A stretch of 64,000 nt of DNA from Trueperaceae bacterium (GTDB taxonomy: Bacteria; Deinococcota; Deinococci; Deinococcales; Trueperaceae), in contig OZ243927.1 of assembly GCA_965213925.1 (NCBI GenBank), forward strand, positions 4,480,001-4,544,000, given 5' to 3'. Under the pieces are notes generated by a model that saw nothing but the letters and a program-made list of their open reading frames with translations, did no database searches and was not told the DNA's origin. The stretch's first letter is position 1. Each line of letters opens with the position of its first letter. This document shows positions 59,727 through 64,000 of the stretch, in pieces. A program made the translations under genes and the position numbers.

Positions 59727-61228
59727 CACGCGCCAGACCCCGTGCGTTTCAAGTCCCGCCAAACGTCCGCGAAGTGCGCAACTAGGTCCGTTGCGACGAG
59801 CCCGTCGCCCCACGTCCGCGCGGCGCGTTCGCCCGCCGCGCCGTGCGCGAAGGCGGTGGCGCAGACCCGCTCGAAAAGCTCTTCCGACGTTTCAGCGCCC
59901 GCGCACCACGCGCCTAGAAGCCCCGAGAGCACGTCGCCCGAGCCGCCCGTCGCCATCCCCGGATGACCGTGCGTGGTGACGGCGGCGCGTCCATTTGGCA
60001 AAGCAATAACCGTGGAGGCTCCTTTGAGAAGCGCGACGGCGCTGCTCTTCTCGGCGAGCGTTTTAGCCGCGCCGACAGGGTCATCTAGGATGTCGGAGGC
60101 GGAGAGGTTTAGGAGCCTCGAGGCTTCTCCTACGTGGGGCGTCAAGACGCAGCGTCCCTGCTCCCGCACCGCCTCGAACCAAGCGTCGTCGCCAGTGAGG
60201 GCGCTCGCATCGAGAATCGTGGGCGCGTCGCTCTGCGCGATAAGCTCGGGCAAATAGGGCGCGGCGCGTTCGTCCAACCCCGGACCGATCACGCGCACTT
60301 GGGCGCGTTTAGGCGAAAAGTCGGCGAGTTGGTTTAAGGGGTCTTCATCCCAGTGAAGGGGCTGAAAGATGATTTCGGGCCAGGTATCCGTGAAGCGCGC
60401 CTCGCCTGCGACCGTCACGAGCCCCGCGCCCGCCCGGAGCGCGGCGCGGCACGCCATCTCCGCCGCGCCCAAATATTGTTCAGAACCCGCGACAACCAAG
60501 ACCGTGCCGACCTCATACTTGTGCGTGTCGTGTGGGCGCGTCGGCAGATGCCCGCTCACGTGCTCCGGTATGAGGAGCGTAAGGCTCGAGTGCTCACTCA
60601 ACACCTCTTGAGGAATGCCGATGTCCACGAGTTCAACCTCGCCGAAAGCACTCTTCGCCGGATAGAAGGCGCTCGCGAGCTTCGGTCCGGCGAGTTGCGC
60701 TGTTCTCGTCGCCCGGACGTGCGGTCCGATCAAGCTGACCTCGTCCGCGCTCACGCCGCTCGGCACATCGACGCTGAGGACGGGCGCTGAGCCCCCATTC
60801 AGCGCCTCCACCATCTGCGCCAGCTCGCCCTCCAAAGGGCGCGACAGACCGCTGCCGAAAAGCGCGTCGATGACGAGCCCTGAAGCGCTCAGGTGCGCTT
60901 TCAAGGTCTCCAAGCTCAGCGCCTGCGCCTCGCCGCCCACCGCGACGAACGCCCCGCGCATCACCTCGGGGTCGCCTTCGAGGTCGGGGGACAGCTCGAG
61001 CACCTTGACCCCACACCCCGCCAAACGCAGATGCCGCGCCACCACGTAACCGTCGCCGCCGTTGTTGCCCTTGCCGCAGAGAACGAGGGCGTCCCTGCCA
61101 GGCCAGTTTTTGAGCGCGACGTCCGCGACCCCGCGCCCGGCAGTTTCCATCAGGATGAGAGAGGGGATGCCCGCGCTTATGGCGCTCTGGTCAACGGCGC
61201 GCATCTCTTCGGAGGTAAAGAGCTTCAT
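59726..61228 (-). CDS. nnr: Bifunctional NAD(P)H-hydrate epimerase/dehydratase (YjeF)
   Basis: LMETAG, GKGNNGGDG, DALFGSG, TPHVGE and ATGGSGDVLSG. Confidence 0.93.
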   Translation of the reverse strand: MKLFTSEEMRAVDQSAISAGIPSLILMETAGRGVADVALKNWPGRDALVLCGKGNNGGDGYVVARHLRLAGCGVKVLELSPDLEGDPEVMRGAFVAVGGEAQALSLETLKAHLSASGLVIDALFGSGLSRPLEGELAQMVEALNGGSAPVLSVDVPSGVSADEVSLIGPHVRATRTAQLAGPKLASAFYPAKSAFGEVELVDIGIPQEVLSEHSSLTLLIPEHVSGHLPTRPHDTHKYEVGTVLVVAGSEQYLGAAEMACRAALRAGAGLVTVAGEARFTDTWPEIIFQPLHWDEDPLNQLADFSPKRAQVRVIGPGLDERAAPYLPELIAQSDAPTILDASALTGDDAWFEAVREQGRCVLTPHVGEASRLLNLSASDILDDPVGAAKTLAEKSSAVALLKGASTVIALPNGRAAVTTHGHPGMATGGSGDVLSGLLGAWCAGAETSEELFERVCATAFAHGAAGERAARTWGDGLVATDLVAHFADVWRDLKRTGSGA

Positions 61229-61313
61229 GGGGCTAGTTTACGTGATTTATCCGGTTACGTAGGAGGCAAGGTCCGCCAGCGTGACGTGGATAGCTTTAGC
61301 GCTTACGCAAGCC

Positions 61314-62273
61314 CTAACAGGTTTGATCGATCGGCGTAAAGCCTAGAAACCATCCGATGCGTCGCCGATTAGTCTCTGACCAAAAGGTCATTAGGGTGAG
61401 ACCATCGAAACAGGGGTAGACGCGCTCTAGGACCTCCGGCTGCGTGTGCTTAGGCGGGCGCTCCGCAAGCATGGCGCTCGCCTCCCTAGAGGCTTTGAGC
61501 ACCGCGCCGGGTTGCCCTGCGGCGGCTAGGTGAATCAGCCCTGTAAGGTAGCGTCCGAGGAGCATCTCAGCTTTGCGCCAGCCCCGGTAGTAGCGCCGGA
61601 TCGTGACGAGGTCGTTGCGGAGCGGGAGGTAGGCAGCTCGCACCTTGACTTTAGGCCCCCTTGCGTCCCAAAGATGATAGATGGGCGCGTTCTGCAAGTA
61701 GTCCGCCTCCCACCCTTGATTCAGGTATTCGATGACCGTGGGCGGCTCCGTTTCGTACATAAAATAGCCGCGCGGACTTGGCGGCACCTGGAGCGCAGCC
61801 TCGCGGCGAAACGCCACTGCGCCCGCATGAAAGCCACGTGTCGGCGCGTACGTTTCGTCTCGCGAGAGCGTAGGAAAGTAGGGTGTATAGCTGCGCCGCC
61901 CGGACTTAGGCTCTACAAAAGGCAGTGCGACCAGCCCAAGGCTGGGTCCACGCTTGCGGAAGTGTTCCACCACACGCTGAACGGTGTGCTCTGCCGGGTA
62001 AGCGTCGTCGTCGAGCTGAAAGATAAACTCACCTTTCGCTATACGGATCGCGTCAGGCAGAGCGTCGAAACCTTTAGAGACATCGTTACGCAGCACGCGC
62101 ACGCTCGGGAACTCGCGCTCGATCATTGCGGTCGTTCCGTCGGTCGAAGCGTCGTCTATAACGATAATCTCATAACTCGAGCTAGGTGAATCTTGCAGCG
62201 AAGAGAGGAGGTCGCGCATCATCTCTTTACGGTTGTGTGTTGGAAAGATAAGGCTAACGGAAACGTCACTCAT
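61314..62273 (-). CDS. Glycosyltransferase family 2
   Basis: PTHNR, IDDASTDGT and a DxD-like LDDDA. Confidence 0.88.
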   Translation of the reverse strand: MSDVSVSLIFPTHNRKEMMRDLLSSLQDSPSSSYEIIVIDDASTDGTTAMIEREFPSVRVLRNDVSKGFDALPDAIRIAKGEFIFQLDDDAYPAEHTVQRVVEHFRKRGPSLGLVALPFVEPKSGRRSYTPYFPTLSRDETYAPTRGFHAGAVAFRREAALQVPPSPRGYFMYETEPPTVIEYLNQGWEADYLQNAPIYHLWDARGPKVKVRAAYLPLRNDLVTIRRYYRGWRKAEMLLGRYLTGLIHLAAAGQPGAVLKASREASAMLAERPPKHTQPEVLERVYPCFDGLTLMTFWSETNRRRIGWFLGFTPIDQTC

Positions 62274-62441
62274 AGCAGCCGACTATATCACCTCCTCATT
62301 CTCTCCTTGATGTTGAATGGGGATACTCGAGCACGCGCTGCGCTCGGTACGTCAATGACTGTGGGCGAAAACCAACCTTTCAGCAAACACGCCGTATGAT
62401 TCTGTCGTGACTTCTTCTCTCGTCCTCTCTCGGAGACCCCC

Positions 62442-64000
62442 ATGTTCGCCGCCTTAGGCACACTCATCAGCCGCTACCCCCGCTTCGTCCTCGCGGCGTG
62501 GCTCGCCCTTACGCTTCTAGCCCTCCCTTTCGCGGGGCGCGTCGGCGAGGTGCTGAGCGCCCAATCGAGCGTGGTGCCGGGCAGCGCGGCGGCGCAGGTC
62601 GAGAGCCTTTTACAAGATGAGTTCAGCGGTCAGGACCAGCGGCTTCTGGTTTTGGTGACGCGCGCCGAAGACGTGAGGGTCGGTGAGCGCGACTTCGACG
62701 AACCCTACGCGGCGTTGGCCCAGAACTTACAAGGCGTCGCCGGGGTGAGAAACGTCCAAGATTACCGCAACGCGGCGGGGCTGTCGCTCGTCGCGCCGGA
62801 TAACCGTTACGCCATTTCACTCCTCACGCTCGACGGCGCGGCGGACGCCAGGGGCACCCTAGAAGCGGTAGACGAGGTTCTGGCGGGGTCGGAGGCGTTC
62901 ACCTTCAACCTCTCAGGTGGCGAAGCGGTGAGGCGCGAGCTGGAGACGATCAGCGTGCGGGACGCGCGGCGCGCGGAGTTGTTCGGTTTGCCGCTCAGCT
63001 TAGTCGTGTTGGTCGTGGCGTTTGGCGCGCTCGGGGCGGCGAGCTTGCCGCTCCTGGTCGCGGCGGTCACGGTCACGCTCTCCTACGCGCTCCTTTTCGC
63101 CATCGGTCAAGCCGTGCCGTTCGCGGTCTTTGCGCAAACGATCGTGACGATGCTCGGTCTAGCGACGGGCATCGACTACGCCCTCCTGATGGTCAACCGC
63201 TTCCGCGAGGAGTTGGGGCGCACAGCGAACGCAAGGGACGCGGCGGCGGCAACCATTATGACGGCGGGCAGGGCGGTGACGTTCAGCGGCTTTACGGGCG
63301 TGGTTGCGCTCGGGGCGCTGCTCGTGCCGCCCCTGGGCTTCATCCGCTCGATCGGGTTAGGGGCGATGGTCGCGCTTTTCGTGAGCGTGCTCGTCTCAGT
63401 CAGCGCCTTGCCCGCCCTTTTAGCGCTTCTAGGAGAGCGCGTCAATGCGGGCCGGGTGACGCGGCGCACCCCTGGCGAGCGCAGCCGCGCATTCTGGCGC
63501 GAGCGGGCGCGGCAGGTCCAGCGTCACCCGCTGCGCTGGGCGCTAGGCGGGACGATCTTTTTACTTCTACTGAGCGCACCTGCGCTGCGCATCGCTTTGG
63601 CTGACCCCGGCAGCGAAGGGCTGGGCCCCGCCACCGACGCGCGGCAGGTGCAGGGTGCCCTCGAGGAGACCGGCTTAGCCGGCGTACTCGACTCTTTCGC
63701 AGCGATCTTAGACTTCGGCGAGCAGGGGTTTTTCGACCCTGAGAGCGTGCGCGCCACCTCGAAATTCTCGCGGCAAGTGGAAGATATCGCGGGGCTCGCG
63801 CAAGCCTATTCGCCTACCACAGCGGGCGGCTTGCCCCCCTTGCTCATCTTCGGTTACTACGCAAACCGCGACACGGCGGAAGACAGCCCGCTCGCCGACC
63901 TCGTGAACGCCACCGTGAGCGAGAACGGGCGCTACGCGCTCGTGCGGCTCTTCCCCGAAGGCGACCTGACCCTCTCCGAAGTGCGCCGCACCGAAGGTGA
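62442..64000 (+). CDS. MMPL-family (RND superfamily) transporter, partial (runs off the window)
   Basis: Open frame from ATG 62442 (MFAALGTLISRYPRFVLAAW); GLATGIDYALLMVNRFREE and TAGRAVTFSG. Not in the ORF track because it has no stop. Confidence 0.88.
   Translation, partial: MFAALGTLISRYPRFVLAAWLALTLLALPFAGRVGEVLSAQSSVVPGSAAAQVESLLQDEFSGQDQRLLVLVTRAEDVRVGERDFDEPYAALAQNLQGVAGVRNVQDYRNAAGLSLVAPDNRYAISLLTLDGAADARGTLEAVDEVLAGSEAFTFNLSGGEAVRRELETISVRDARRAELFGLPLSLVVLVVAFGALGAASLPLLVAAVTVTLSYALLFAIGQAVPFAVFAQTIVTMLGLATGIDYALLMVNRFREELGRTANARDAAAATIMTAGRAVTFSGFTGVVALGALLVPPLGFIRSIGLGAMVALFVSVLVSVSALPALLALLGERVNAGRVTRRTPGERSRAFWRERARQVQRHPLRWALGGTIFLLLLSAPALRIALADPGSEGLGPATDARQVQGALEETGLAGVLDSFAAILDFGEQGFFDPESVRATSKFSRQVEDIAGLAQAYSPTTAGGLPPLLIFGYYANRDTAEDSPLADLVNATVSENGRYALVRLFPEGDLTLSEVRRTEG

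Noticed and set aside
1..64000. CRISPR array or cas genes
   Set aside because: No regularly spaced direct repeats with unique spacers and no Cas-like ORF were seen. The repeats found are palindromic and dispersed.
1..64000. tRNA, rRNA or a recognisable riboswitch
   Set aside because: No cloverleaf or known aptamer consensus was recognised by eye. A covariance-model search would be needed to exclude weak hits.

Overview
This is a GC-rich bacterial window, most consistent with Deinococcota (Truepera-like). That call is an inference from bshA, pilC, leaderless TANNNT promoters and dense CTCGAG sites. Positions 1-31.2 kb form a large sugar-utilisation region with three parts: a leftward rare-sugar operon (CUT2 ABC transporter, four kinases, two aldolases, an oxidoreductase and a lyxose-type isomerase); a divergent CUT1 ABC/dehydrogenase/aldolase/kinase operon; and an L-rhamnose locus whose frameshifted DeoR regulator sits between perfect 98-bp inverted repeats. 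After pilC, 33.3-45 kb is a stretch of degraded mobile elements: an IS1 nested in another IS1, a MITE, Tn3, ISAs1 and IS1182 fragments, an intact ISL3, and a RES-Xre toxin-antitoxin pair. Positions 45-54.7 kb encode an unusual MacAB-type system with six tandem permeases in three alternating A/B pairs sharing one adaptor and one ATPase. Housekeeping genes follow (bshA, tsaD, rsmC-like, thrB, nnr, a GT2 glycosyltransferase and a partial MMPL). Several intergenic repeat families are present, and one supplies the same REKD-stop ending to three unrelated genes. All calls come from reading motifs by eye; no database search was run.
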